Assembly (NCBI GenBank): GCA_013265495.1
Contig: MU058815.1
Span: 938,523-1,002,522 of the forward strand
Source: Vicugna vicugna
Lineage: Eukaryota
DNA: 64,000 nt
Direction of reading: 5' to 3'
Part shown: one piece after another, positions 25,945-40,229 of the stretch
Layout of the letters: each line of letters opens with the position of its first letter
Numbering within the stretch: the first letter of the stretch is position 1
Made by a program: the position numbers and the translations under genes
Notes under the pieces: model-generated
The model's database searches: none
Told to the model about the DNA's origin: nothing
What the model saw: only the letters and a program-made list of their open reading frames with translations

Positions 25945-26194
25945 CTGCGGGCAAAGAAGCGGGACACAGCGTTAGCGCTTGCGGGGCGACTCGCCGGGCA
26001 CCCACACATCCTGCACCTGCACCCCGGGGACGAGCAGAACCGCCCTCCAACCCTCGGTCCTTCCTCCCTTAGGAGAGACAGCCAGCGCGGGTACCCGCGG
26101 CCTTAGCTGGTGCCCTGCCGATGCTCACTCTGCTTGTGAGCAAACTGGAGCTCCCGGGTGCAGCCGTGGGCTACAGACGAATGAAATGCTCCGC

Positions 26195-28130
26195 CGTGTG
26201 TGGATATGTAGTTTCAGTTCTCTTGAGTATGTACCCAAGAGTGGGATTTCTGGGTCATTTGATAAAGTACGTTGAACGTCGTAGGGAACCGCCAAGCTGT
26301 TTTCCCACAGTGGCTGCTCCATTTTACACGCCCACCAGCCGTGCACAAGGGGCCTGATTTGTCCACATCCTCAACACTTGTTACTCTCTGTTTGATCTTA
26401 GCTATCCTGTTGGACATAAAAATATCTTGTGGTTTTGATTTGCATTTCCTTGATGACTAGTGATTTTGAACATCTTTTCGTGTGTGTCATTTGTGTATCT
26501 TCTTTGAGAAAAATGTCTACTCAGATCCTTCGGCCACTTTTAAGTTGGGTTAGCTGTCTTTTTACTGTTCAGTTATAGGAGTTCTTTATATATCTGTATT
26601 AACGTCCCTTACCAGATACATGACCAGCAAATATGTTTTCTTTTGTTTTGTGACTTGTCTTTTCACTTCGTTGATAGTGTCTTTTGAATTACAAGTTTTT
26701 AATTTTGATGAGGTCCAGTTTATCTATTTTTCTTTGTGATTTGTGCTTTTGAGAATCCATGCTCTAACCCAAAGTTTCTGAGGAACCTTCTCTAAGGAAC
26801 CGTTGCTTAATCCAAGGTCGTAAAGACTTAACAGTTATGTTTTGCTCTAAGAGTCTTATCACCTTAGTCCCCACATTTAGGTCTGTCATTCATTTTGAGT
26901 TAACTTTTTGTACGTGGTGTTAGGTAGGGGTCCAATCTGACTTTTTAAAATTGTGGGTATCTGGTAGGGTCAGCACCATTTGTTGGAAGAGAGATTATTC
27001 TTTCTCCACTGAAGGGTCCCGGCACCAGACATACAGTTTTCCTTCTAGACTTCCAATCCAGTCTGCTGATCAGTGTGTCTACCTTTATGCCAGTACCACA
27101 CAGTTTTGACTACTGCGGCTATGTACAACATTTTGAAGTCATGAAGGGTGAGACCTCCAACTTCATTCTTCCCAAGACTGTTTTGGCTATCTGCAGCCCT
27201 TTGCATTTCCATATGAATGTTGGGATCCACTTGTCAATTTCTGCTAGAGGCGGCCATCTGGATTTTGGGAGAAATTGTGTTGAATCTGTAGATCAACTCG
27301 GGGAGCACTGGCATCCTGTCAACACTGAGTCTTTCAATCCATGAACACAAATGCCTTCCCATTTATGGGAGTCTTCCACAAAGCCTTCCAACAATGCCTT
27401 GTGGTTTTCACCGTGCATGTCTTGCCCTTCTTTTGTTAAAGTTACTCCTAACTATTTGATTCTTTTTGATGCTATGATAAATAGAATTTAGATTTCATTC
27501 TTTATTTGCTTCTTGTATTGTGCATCGTTAGTATATAGAAATACAATAAAGTTTTGTGTACTGATCTCGAATCCTTGCCGAAATTGTCTATTAGCTCTAA
27601 TAGCTTTTCTCACGGATTCCTTACGACTTCATGTCCTTTACAAATAAAGATAATTTTACTTCTTCCTTTTTAATCTGGATACTTTTTACTCTTTTCCGTG
27701 TCTAACAGCCTTGGTTCAGACCTGCACTACAGTCTTGAACAAAAGTGGTAAGAGGACATCTTCATCTCATTACTGATCTTAGGGAAGACTTCCATTACTT
27801 CACCATTAAACGTGATGTTAGCTGTGAGCTTTTTGTAGATGCCTCTTTTCACATGAGGAAGCTCCCTTTCATTTCTAATTTGTTCACTGTTTTAACTAAG
27901 AAAGTGTGTTGGATTTTTTCAAACGCTTTTCCTGTGTCCATTGAGATGATTATGTGTTTCTTTCTCCTTTATTCTGTTATTACGGTCTATTACATTCATC
28001 TTTATCTATTGAACGGACCTTAAATTCCTGGGATAAATCTTACTTGGTCATAGTATATAATAATTTTATATCTAATTGGATTAGATACGCTAATGTTTTG
28101 TTGAAGATTTTCTGCATTTACATTCACATT
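26195..28130 (-). mobile_element. LINE-1 ORF2 3' region, decayed
   Basis: Minus-strand peptides 'DPEIPLLGTYSRE' and '[27 protein letters not shown]'. Confidence 0.92.
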
Positions 28131-30699
28131 CCTGAAACTGTGTAAACTCTTTGTGTCTTTCTATGTGCATTTCCTTCTAAATTCTTAAGCAGAGCATAGC
28201 ATAGACTGATATATGTTGCATAAGTCAATGGAGTTTTTTAATATCTAAATTCTAGTCTCTTCACACAGATCTCAGTAGGAAATTTCCATAAATTATTTAT
28301 TACCCAATTCTCATACATGGAGTTCCATTTTTCAACATACAATCCTTCAGTGAATTTCCTTTCTCACACGGATAATTGACCTACGAAGGTTTATTCACAT
28401 GACTCTACTGATCTGAACTATATTCACCCCATTGTATTCTCCCCCAGGAAGAGATAGGAAGACACGTCTTTAGTCTGCATACTTTAAAAACAGGATTTTG
28501 CTTTGTTGTGCTATTTTGGGTTTGTTATTTTGGTAGTTTTTTTTAATGCACAAAAACCCCCAATCAACAGAATACCAATTAGACAGAAGTCTTTAGAGAA
28601 ATAAAACCGCAAAAATGCTAAGGCACCTTTGGTGGTTGTATTTTAAAGCTCCCCGTACTTTGGGACTATAAGCTCTATCAGGATTGAGACTACATAGAAA
28701 ATGAGAAATCTAAAGATTTACATTCAAAGTAGGATTATATTGAAATTAGTAACTGGGAAAACTTAACCTGATTGGTCATTGTGAATAATAAGATCACTGA
28801 AGGAAGGGAAGAACCATGTTCATTAGAAGACGATGCTGAACCATTTTTCCAAAGCACATTGGCATAAATAATAATCATTAATTGGATTAGCCATGACCAG
28901 TATTATATTGTTTATATTGTGTATTTTACCACGAGTGCTTTGAGGACAGGTAGAGTAGTCATTTAAAAGGTCCGATGAACTGTAAGTGCATATATTAGGG
29001 ACCACTAAACATTTTTGAATGAATGGGTAACTCAATGATTCAACATAGCTAACAAGAAATAAGCACTGGATAACTTGTCAGTTCGGGACAACTTTCTTTG
29101 GAAAATTAAAGGCTCTTTATTAGCCAAGCTTTTGGTCCATTTTACTGTAAGTTAGCAAAGGGAAGTTCTGCTTATACCCTCCAAATCTGAACACAAAACT
29201 GTAGTCTTTTTATACTCAGTAACTGACCTAAATGTGGCAGCAGAATTAGAACAGAAGCCATCCGGAAGTAAAGTTACCCGAACCGTGGAAAGTTTTATTA
29301 GTCTTTGATCAAGATACACCCCGCTAGGTACAGATGAAATGAATATTATTTTATTAGATTCAATTGCTTCAGGTTATAAACGTCACTGCTGAATTTCAGC
29401 TTTAATTTTTATGGCCTGAGAGAGATGCTTTTGAATATATCATTCCTGAATAAAAATATTAACATCTTCAATTCCGTGCTATTGTCCCCTTTGTATTAAC
29501 TCATGGGAAAAGAAAAATGTATATAATAAAATGTATTATTCTACTTTTTTATTAAAATGCTCCTTTTCATACAATGCAATTTAGTGATTAAATCAACTTC
29601 CGTCATCTGTTGCTGACTTCTTCATAGATCAGACATCTGAACCTAAGTTATCTCTAAAAGTTTCCCTTTGTCAATTTCACACTTACTGATGGCAACTTTC
29701 TATTTTGGATCACAGACATTTCTGAACATGTCTTGTCTCTCCTGTCAAAGACTGGAGTCCCTGAGGGCATGAAGTTGTGTGTGTCCTGTGTCTGCTTCGT
29801 TTATTGACCACATCTGTCCTCAGGGCTGGGGAAACAGTGCACACAGACATCTGGCAGTGGGTGCGGGAAGAGATCTGGGGGCAGACAGAACCATCACGCC
29901 ACGCACAGATCACGCCCACTCTGCAGAAGTATCGCTCTGTGGTTTGCAGACCCCTGGGACGATCAGTTATTCACTCTGCTCAAACCAAGGATCAGTCAGG
30001 CCAGAGAGTGGAGCTCAGTATTAGATAAAAAGGGGAGGAAATTCTTCTCCATTTCGGTGTTAAAACCAATTATAATACTTGTTCAGCTGACAGCCAAGGA
30101 TGAGGTTCTGGCCCACTGTTTTCTAAAACTCCAAGTGGTCTTTGAACTTGTAGGAATTTCACAGCCTCCATCTGAATGCATACCGTTAATTCTCACCGGC
30201 GAAAGTTGAAGGAGCAATTTCTTTCTTTTCATTGTTTTTCCAATCCTTTTTGGTTTACTATATTGTGCCACTATTTTGTGTGTTAACTGCTTGATCCCTA
30301 GCCCACGTGTGGGGAAGGGGACTCGACCAACGAACCACACGAAAGGACTTTCAGCACACGCTGCCTCTCGGTCAGTACATCCTCAAGGCCAGGTTCTTCA
30401 TCCACCTTTAAGGCATGATTACAGTGGAGGACCACCACCGCTTGGTTCTTCACATTCCGCACTAAAACTACATTCTTACCCTCCTTACTTGGCTTAACCT
30501 GCCTCTCTGACAGCTGGGCTGTTTAACATTTAGGCTGCAGCATCGAAATATTACACTTCTGTTTTTACTATTTATAAGAGCGCCCCAGAAGCGAACGAGG
30601 ATTCCTGACATTTCCTTTGTCAGAAGAATAAGAAGTCATCATTTCATTGCCTGTCATCTCTATGAAAGACGTGATCGTTTGTTTTAACAAAGAAATGTA

Positions 30700-30860
30700 T
30701 ATATATATATTCTACTTTATTTTATTTTCATTTCTTTGGGGTTTTTTGTGGGGGAGGTAATTGGGGCTTTATTTATTTATTCATATGGAGGTACTGGGGA
30801 TTGAACCCAGGACCTTGTGGGTGCTAAGCACGCACTCTACCCCTGAACTGTACCCTCCCC
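30700..30860 (-). mobile_element. Vic-1-like SINE
   Basis: 'ggaggtactggggattgaacccaggacc...gctaagcacgcactctacc' = reverse-complement tRNA head; T-rich tail. Confidence 0.9.
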
Positions 30861-31695
30861 GTGATCATTTTAATAGTTACTATGCTTCTCAACTGATTCT
30901 GAGCACCCATTCACGTGCCTTCTCTAACATTCTCAAGTTCATGATGCAATACAAATGTGGGGTAGAAGAAGCGACCAAAAGAATCAGTGTAGAAATGGCT
31001 GAACAGCTAATAAAGATGCCACCAGTTATTTCAGACAAAAGAGAGCCAGATGCGCACCAGAGCAGGAGTGATAAACCTGCCACCAGAGGGTTCCCCCCAA
31101 TAACATTTCATTTTTAATAAAAGATAGAGTTTCTATATCCCTTTCGATATTTGCTTTTATTTCCATGTAATTCTTGGTGACAAGGGGGGAAAAGGCATAA
31201 AGAGTTTGCCATCTAGATAGTAAAGCCGGCTTTTCCTTCGGCATCTTTATGGAGAGTAACTGGCAGTCATAAAGGATGCCTGTGGGATGCTTAGGTTGTG
31301 ATTTTCCAAGAGGAGCCGGGAGCAACGGACACGTGTCACTGCAGCCCCCGAGGAAGGGAGGTCCCAGGCCACAGCCCAAAGCGTATTCGTTGGCTAAGAA
31401 AAAAACAAGCAGCTTTGTCTCTTCTTCTTTTCCTAAACATAAACCTAGACTTATCATTAAATGATTGCTGCATTTGACCCCGATGCCTCTAGCATTGGTG
31501 AACTTGAGATCTGCTTTAATTTTGTCTTTCGTGAACTGTTAGAAAAATGCCGAGTTCCATCATGTTTGATGGCCAAGTGGGGTAAGTGTGGCGGTATTTC
31601 TCCTGGATAAAACCCTGGCTCGTTTCGCAGGCAGCACTGACTTGTGATTGTAATGTGCACTCAGACAAGAGTATAAGCTTCTACCTTGACTGTCA

Positions 31696-31920
<225 letters not shown>

Positions 31921-32288
31921 TTAGATGTTCCACAAGAAACAAAATGGCAAGCAATTTGGAAGATAAGGGGATGGGGACTCAAAGGAAGACCGAGAAAAAT
32001 GATAAAATAAGTAAATAAATACATAAGCCACACGTTCATGCTATCACAAAGGTTAAAGGGGAAGTCTGTTTTATAAACAATTTTTATGATACCTCACATT
32101 CCACTCGACCCTTCACCTCTCCCTCTCCCTACACTTCCTTCATGATTTAAGTGTCTATAATTGGTCCAGTCCACAAAGAGAGGCAATAGCTATTTTGAAC
32201 CTTCGAGCTTTTACTTATTTAGAAAGGAAATTTGTAACATGAGCAGAAAAATGTATTATTCATACAGATTCAATACAAAAGATTATTC

Positions 32289-32340
32289 TTCAAAACCCAG
32301 TGACAATGCGTAATTTCAAAACCCAGTGACAATGCATAAT
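32289..32340. repeat. Tandem duplication, 2 x 26 bp
   Basis: TTCAAAACCCAGTGACAATGC(G/A)TAAT twice. Confidence 0.9.
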
Positions 32341-32658
32341 TTAAATACTCTGATGTTTTTCAAAATGCATTCCCACTTTAAGCAAGAGCTTGCTTTTCCC
32401 CTTGCGGTTAAACTTCGGTAACATTTGTTCTTTTGTAATTCAGTGCGGATAGGTCCCCACTAGAATATCGCCAGTAGTCACTGGGATAAACTAGACAGTA
32501 TTTCCAACCAAATAAAGGAAAACCAGTGAGAAGACCATAGTATTTCAAATGGTCAAATACTAATAACTTCGACAGTCTTTTTCTAAACAAACATTGCTAA
32601 ACAAAACACCTCGGCTACATTTTCTGTCCTAGCAAGACTTACGGAAGGACAGTGCTCA

Positions 32659-32931
<273 letters not shown>

Positions 32932-33905
32932 CTAAAATAGAATTTTATTATAAAAACTGCCAATGCAGGTTCTAAGGCACATTTTTTAAAAAAAATTTAA
33001 TACAATTTGAATCTAAGGAGCATTTACTGGAATGCACCCATAGTCGCTTTTCCTGGACTGGTCATCATTTATGTGCTGTTCTGGGGCCAGGTTCAGAATC
33101 CGGTTCCACAATCTGGAAAGTCAAGACCACATGGTCTTTTTCTAAGAGCTTCCATTTTCCTTAACCAGAGGAAAAAGTCTAAGTTATGCATATGAAAGCG
33201 CGAAGCTATGCTCAACATTCATTATTCATGTGGTGTTCGTATTATTAAATGGTCAAACCTCAAGCAACATTACATTAACATTCAGCTTCTATAAGCATAA
33301 CTTCTTTTAATATGACTCGTTTTAATGTATTTTAAGATATCGCTGGCATTCACAAATTAATGGGGTTTTTTTTTGCACAACCAGAAATTTTTTCTAATGC
33401 TTCTGCCATAATCAAGGAGCCGAAAAAATCAAGAAGTGAGTGATTTAGTACAATATCCAAATCTTCTGACTCACATACTGTTCTCCTTCACAGATGGATT
33501 CTCTCTACCCAGTGACCACCTATAAGGTACCACGGTCCCGCCTGTAAGGGTCAGAGCAGTCAGAGATTCTGGAAGGCTCCCCGCATTCTCAACATTAAAG
33601 CTTGGTTTGTTCTCTGATTGGGAAAGTCTTGGTTCTGTTCTCTTACGGGTGGCCGTGGGCGGGGTCACTGTCATCCCCCTTTCCTTTGTATGTGGTTATG
33701 ACACAACTGACTTCTCAACCACTGATGCAGGTAAAGAACAAACATATTTATCTGATGCTCACGGAAACGGGCCTTTACATGGTTTCATGTACATCTTTAC
33801 TTCACTTCCAAGGAGGGAGGAACATTTCCCATGTATAAAGTGAAGTATCTTGTTTCAAAATGAAACGTAACGCTAATTTATTCACGTGCAGAAGGAAAGG
33901 CCCCC

Positions 33906-33995
33906 TTTTCTTTTTAAATAGAGGCACGGGGTAGCGAACCCAGGACCTCGTGCGTGGTAAGCACGCGCTCTATCACTGAGCCACCGCCTCCCCCA
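33906..33995 (-). mobile_element. Short Vic-1-like SINE
   Basis: Reverse-complement tRNA head 'gaacccaggacctcgtgcgtggtaagcacgcgctctatcactgagc'. Confidence 0.85.
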
Positions 33996-34273
33996 GGAAG
34001 GGCCGCTTAACAAGAAACAGCAGCACAGCTGGACTTCAAACGCATCAAACGCTCAAGCTTCGATGGCAGCAAGGCGTCTTACAGTAATCGCTGAAACGTC
34101 AACCTCAGTGATAAAACAGTTGGGGTTACAATGAAAAATAAACCAACGCTAATAACACGAGAGCAGGCGGAGGATGCACTTGTGTTCCCTTGTTCACAGC
34201 TGAGCACTGAAAGGGCCCCCTCCTTATGGCCCTAACTTTCTAGGTCAGTTTTCTTGTTCTTACAGTGAAGTCA

Positions 34274-34552
<279 letters not shown>

Positions 34553-34999
34553 TCAAGTGTCTTGTTTTTTTTGCACATTTATGTATATTTGAAGAGTTTC
34601 TTTAATCTTTAAATACCTCCAGAGAGAAAATAATAATGGGGTATATGCTTTGCTGTTTTTTTTTTTAATTTAAAAACATTGCAGATGCATTTTTTAAAAA
34701 GTAAAAGCAGAAGAAAGGGAAAAAATAAAAACATGTGAGATTAAAAACAAGAAAGTATAGAGGCAGGTGGCCGGTTGGGAAGACAGAGCCGACAGGATGG
34801 CCTAATGGACTGGATTCCCGAAAGCATCTCCAGTTTTCATCCTGAGCATCTGAAATTGCGGGTCTGCCGTCCAGACCGATCGACAGGGGACGGCTGTGGG
34901 CTGAACAGGCTTTGAGGGTGATCAGGGCGAGTGTGCTCATTTTGAGATGTCTGCTGGACCTCTTGTAACAGAGAACAGATCTGACTGTATGGGGGAATT

Positions 35000-35485
35000 T
35001 GATCTGTTCCTTTAGTCTTACCACCTGCCCTGTTTTCTGGGCTCAGTCCTGCTCGCCCTGCATCTTTTGTAAAACAATGTTGCCTTTAGCCTGAAATACC
35101 CAGGAGAGCCTATTCTCGGGGCTCTGACCTTTAAGGATGTCAGCACTTCTGCACTTCTGCAGAGATAACAAGTTGCAAAATAGAGAATAACCTTTGTTTT
35201 GTTGGAGGTTTACAGGGACACCATGGCCTGACCCAGGGGACGCTTCAAGAAAAAGAATTCCTGCAGCAAGAAGTTTGCAACAACCAACCACACCCCTCCC
35301 TTGTGTTTTCTGTAGAAAAGGAGCCTGTATTCTGACTGCAGCAGGATGGTTCTCCAAGACATTAGCCTGCCATCCTCTCTGTCTGCCGGCTTTCCGAATA
35401 AAGTGGCTTTTCCTTGCACCAAAAAAAAAAAAAAAAGTATAAATAAAAATCCCTTCATGTTCCTGTAACCCAGAATTGAGTAACA
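35000..35485 (+). mobile_element. Intronic solo LTR (antisense to CNTNAP3)
   Basis: AATAAA at 35397-35402, 3' end '...gagtaaca'; U3-like body; 5' boundary uncertain. Confidence 0.65.
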
Positions 35486-35721
35486 ATATTTTGTTATGGC
35501 CTCCAAAAGGCTCCATCTTTGATTTACATAAAATTAAAACGCCCAGGGAAAATGCTTAGTTAAAAGGTACTGCTCTGCCCGAGGTGTTGCGGTGAGGACT
35601 CTGAGAAATCCAGAGGGGATGAGAGCAGATCTAACAGCAGCAGTCCTGGCTTCTCCAGAATACAGTCACACCTCCTTCCAAGTGAAATGGAGGCTTTGTG
35701 GACAGAAGCAATTCTATTTCA

Positions 35722-36153
<432 letters not shown>

Positions 36154-36769
36154 TCAAAGTTTTATGAACAAATCTAATTCCAAAAACACAGGCTGTGATC
36201 GAAGTGAAGAATCATCAAATGGCATTGAATACACCACTCATGAAAATATTTTTAAAGTTGAACTTGGTAAATATTTATTCTAAAAATACTTCCTCACATT
36301 ATACTTAGACAGACTTACATTTTTACATTTGCTCCTTTCTTCAAGAGCAAAAGGAAGACCACCAATCTTTTTTAAGCTTTAAATTTATAAACGATGACAT
36401 GCAAAATAAAGGTGACAGAGTGGACAATCTTTGCAATATAATATATATTACAAATGTGCAATATCTAAATTTGTATATTATTTAATATATAATATGCATT
36501 ATAAATTTGAATATATTTGTATAATATATGCATTATAAGTTTATATATGTATGTATAATACTAATTCTCACTTAGAAAAGCTCTCAATAATAAAGCTATG
36601 AAAAGGAATTGAACAGAGGACGAACAGAGAAGGAAGGTGGGATAAAACCAAAATTTAGGTCCTCAGGTGTTCCTTACTCCATCCTGGTCTGAGGTCAGGT
36701 GGTACCACATTAACAGAATATCATCTCTTTCTATTTCTATCATTTATTAGACATGAGTCTTATAATAAA

Positions 36770-36910
36770 TATGGGAGCACAGGAGTCATCTGGAGTGCTT
36801 GCTAAAAACCAGATTTTGGATTTGCTCCAAAAGATTCTGATTCAGTGGGCCTGGGGCAGGTACCCCGAATCTGAATTTGCAACCAACTTCTCAGGCTTTA
36901 GAAACACTAT
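36770..36910. mobile_element. MER5A-like hAT DNA transposon remnant
   Basis: 'catctggagtgcttgctaaaa...agattctgattcagtgggcctggggc...gaatctg...agaaacact'. Confidence 0.7.
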
Positions 36911-37649
36911 CCTAGTGGGAATATTGCTTCTAGGTAGATTTCCATGCAGACTTTGTTCCTAGAAATTCTGTTCATTAGTTCTCAAGATTATTAAATCAGA
37001 AAATAAAATTGTTTAATTTGATCTGCAGTTAGATATCAATGCAGTAAGAACTAACTACGCTTGCAGCTGAGTTTGATGGTGCTGTGGGCTGTACACACAC
37101 ACACACTTAAATTCATTGCAGAGCATTAGCCACTGGATGCTGAAGGTATTGCAAAGCAAACTGTGTGCTACTTTGTAATTTATATCAGCTTTTAACTGGA
37201 CTGTATCCTTACTTACTTTAAAATACATGAGAAAAGACCAAGTGAGAGCTGCTTGGATAATCTGCTTAGTTTCCAAATTAGAATAGAGTTGTCAAGATAG
37301 TAATGTAGCAAAACTTATTTCTCACTTTAGGAAAAACAAAAAATAATAAAGAATAAGCAAATAAATTAGAGGGAAGCCCCCCCCACTACTCAGAGCTTTA
37401 ATCTTTAAAGAATAGACGGCGAAAATAAAGGTGGAAGTCCTGCTGTGTATAGTCACACGGGGCTGCCTCTGCCGCCCTGGTCTCCTACAGTCTGTTTTTT
37501 GGGGAAACTGGAGAATTTTGTCCCAGTTACAAGGCTGGTTCTCTAACTACACTGAGAAGTGAAATGAGAGAAATGGATAAAAATGGCTAATTGTTTGATA
37601 AACAGTACCGATAAAAAGTAACAGAAGTAGACATCTGCCGTCTATGACA

Positions 37650-37790
37650 TGGAGGGCAAGCTTGGGAGTCAGTCCAGCGTGGTTTGCATTTTCCCTCTAA
37701 GCTGGATTTCAGTGGCCAAGTCACTTGATCTCTCTAAGCCTCCATTATCTCATCTGTAGATTGGGTACAATAATCCATGGAAGAGAGACT
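37650..37790. mobile_element. MIR SINE remnant
   Basis: 'caagtcacttgatctctctaagcctcca...ctcatctgta' MIR core. Confidence 0.65.
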
Positions 37791-38287
37791 GAATATTCAA
37801 TGAGCTCTTGGTACCTGGTGTTTGTGTGGCTGAACCACACTAACTCCATTTTTTTTGTCAGCTCCATCTTAGACCCTCAGTTGTACCTCCTCCCCCTTCT
37901 GCGTGACTGAGCCCTAGCCTGCTCACAAGGAACGCTCCCACGCCAGATATGTTCCCTGTCCACTCTAAACCTTGCCTTCATCTGATAGGAAAACTAGAAG
38001 AATGCTTTTTGCTGATGCGGATGGTCATGAAACCCCCTCTCTCCCCAGAAAAAAATCCCAGTTCTCAAAGGTGTGGACGTGCTTCTTACTTGGTAGTCAT
38101 ATTCTGTTTTTAGTTGTGGCCCTTTTAAATCCCCCTGTAACCTTCTCCATGATCAGAAAACAGCCGCCAATGCCTTCTGGGTCACAGTCCGCAGGATCTG
38201 ACGGTGGCGGGGGTGGGGATGTTTGTTACCCACAGTAAACTTGCTGGGTGTATTTTATGGAGTTGCCCATTTCGTTTCCCAGTCTCA

Positions 38288-38704
<417 letters not shown>

Positions 38705-39024
38705 TCAATTCCTTCAGCGGGGAGAAAATTTAGTCTTGAGTAGACAGGAGAAAAGCACCAAGACGTGCTCCTTGTGAACGGAGACCAGACACTGATGCGG
38801 ACAAATGTCACTCTGACTTGGTTGGTGGGGTGGGAGGGGAGATAAATCTGTATCCCAGAGAAAGAAAAGCAAAACTGATTTTTACACATTTCTCCTCAGA
38901 GTTTGCTATTTATCTTGCTAAGCCCTAAGCAGCAGAGATAATCACCTATAGAAATAAAACTATCATTTTATCTACTCATGTGTGTGAGTTTATTTATAGG
39001 TGGTTTAAGAGAAACCATGGCCCA

Positions 39025-39420
39025 TAGATGGACCTAGAGATCTTCATATTAGGTGAAGTAAGTCAGACAGACAAAGGTTACATGATATCGCTTATATGTG
39101 GAATCTAAAAAAGACACAGATGAACTTACTTACAAAACAGACACAGACTCGCAGACATAGAAAGCAAATTTAAGATGATCAAAGGGGAAGGAGGGATAAA
39201 TTGGGAGTATAGGATTAACAGATGCACACTAACATATATAAAATAGTCAAACAGCAAGACTTTACTGTACAGCACAGGGAACTATATTCAGTATCTTGTA
39301 ATAAACTACAATGGAAAAAGAGAAAAGGAATACAGATATATACATATATACGTGTAACTGAACCACTGCTATACACTTGAAACTAACAATGTTGTAAATC
39401 AACTACAATTAAAAAATGTT
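39025..39420 (+). mobile_element. L1 3' end (5'-truncated)
   Basis: 'atggacctagag...agtaagtcagacag...atatgtggaatctaaaa...gcacagggaactatattcagtatcttgta' plus A tail. Confidence 0.9.
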
Positions 39421-39703
39421 TGAAACCCATTAAAAATAAAGGGGGATTAAATATAGCTTTAAAAACACCATGTGAAATTCAGACAGTAAGGAATTAAGTT
39501 CTGCCTACATAAATAAACAATGTGAATAGTCAATAAAATCAAATGCTTCTGTGACTTAGTGAGTAGCTATTTGACTAGATTGCTTTAATACCTCGATTGC
39601 ACATAGAGTGAAGACAGCAAGGAATTGGAGAGACTGTTGCGTGTTTCACAAATCACTGTTTTACTCTCTGTTAAAAGTAATTATTTAAAATCATAGAATT
39701 TTA

Positions 39704-40060
<357 letters not shown>

Positions 40061-40229
40061 TTATATTTCTAGCATTTTTTTAACCTTTCAGTGCATTAAT
40101 TGTTCTTCTGAACATGTAGCCAAGACATGAACATTCAAATAGTGATTCCTTTGAGGATTAAGATTCTGGACATGGCTGCGACTGAATTGGGGGATAATCA
40201 CTATGAAAATGGTCTGTGGATTTTTTAAA

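Larger units (their letters stand above)
25480..26200. promoter_or_regulatory. Intragenic CpG island over exons 22-23
   Basis: Very GC-rich with dense CpG (e.g. cggcgcgcgcgcgcgg) against an AT-rich background. Confidence 0.85.

Noticed and set aside
25538..26275. Several 100-155-aa ORFs on both strands
   Set aside because: Products of high GC content and read-through of the N gap; only the CNTNAP3 exon frames are supported
32289..32340. Short direct repeats (also 61918-61958) as a CRISPR-like or regulatory array
   Set aside because: Only two abutting copies, no spacers, eukaryotic intron; simple slippage duplications
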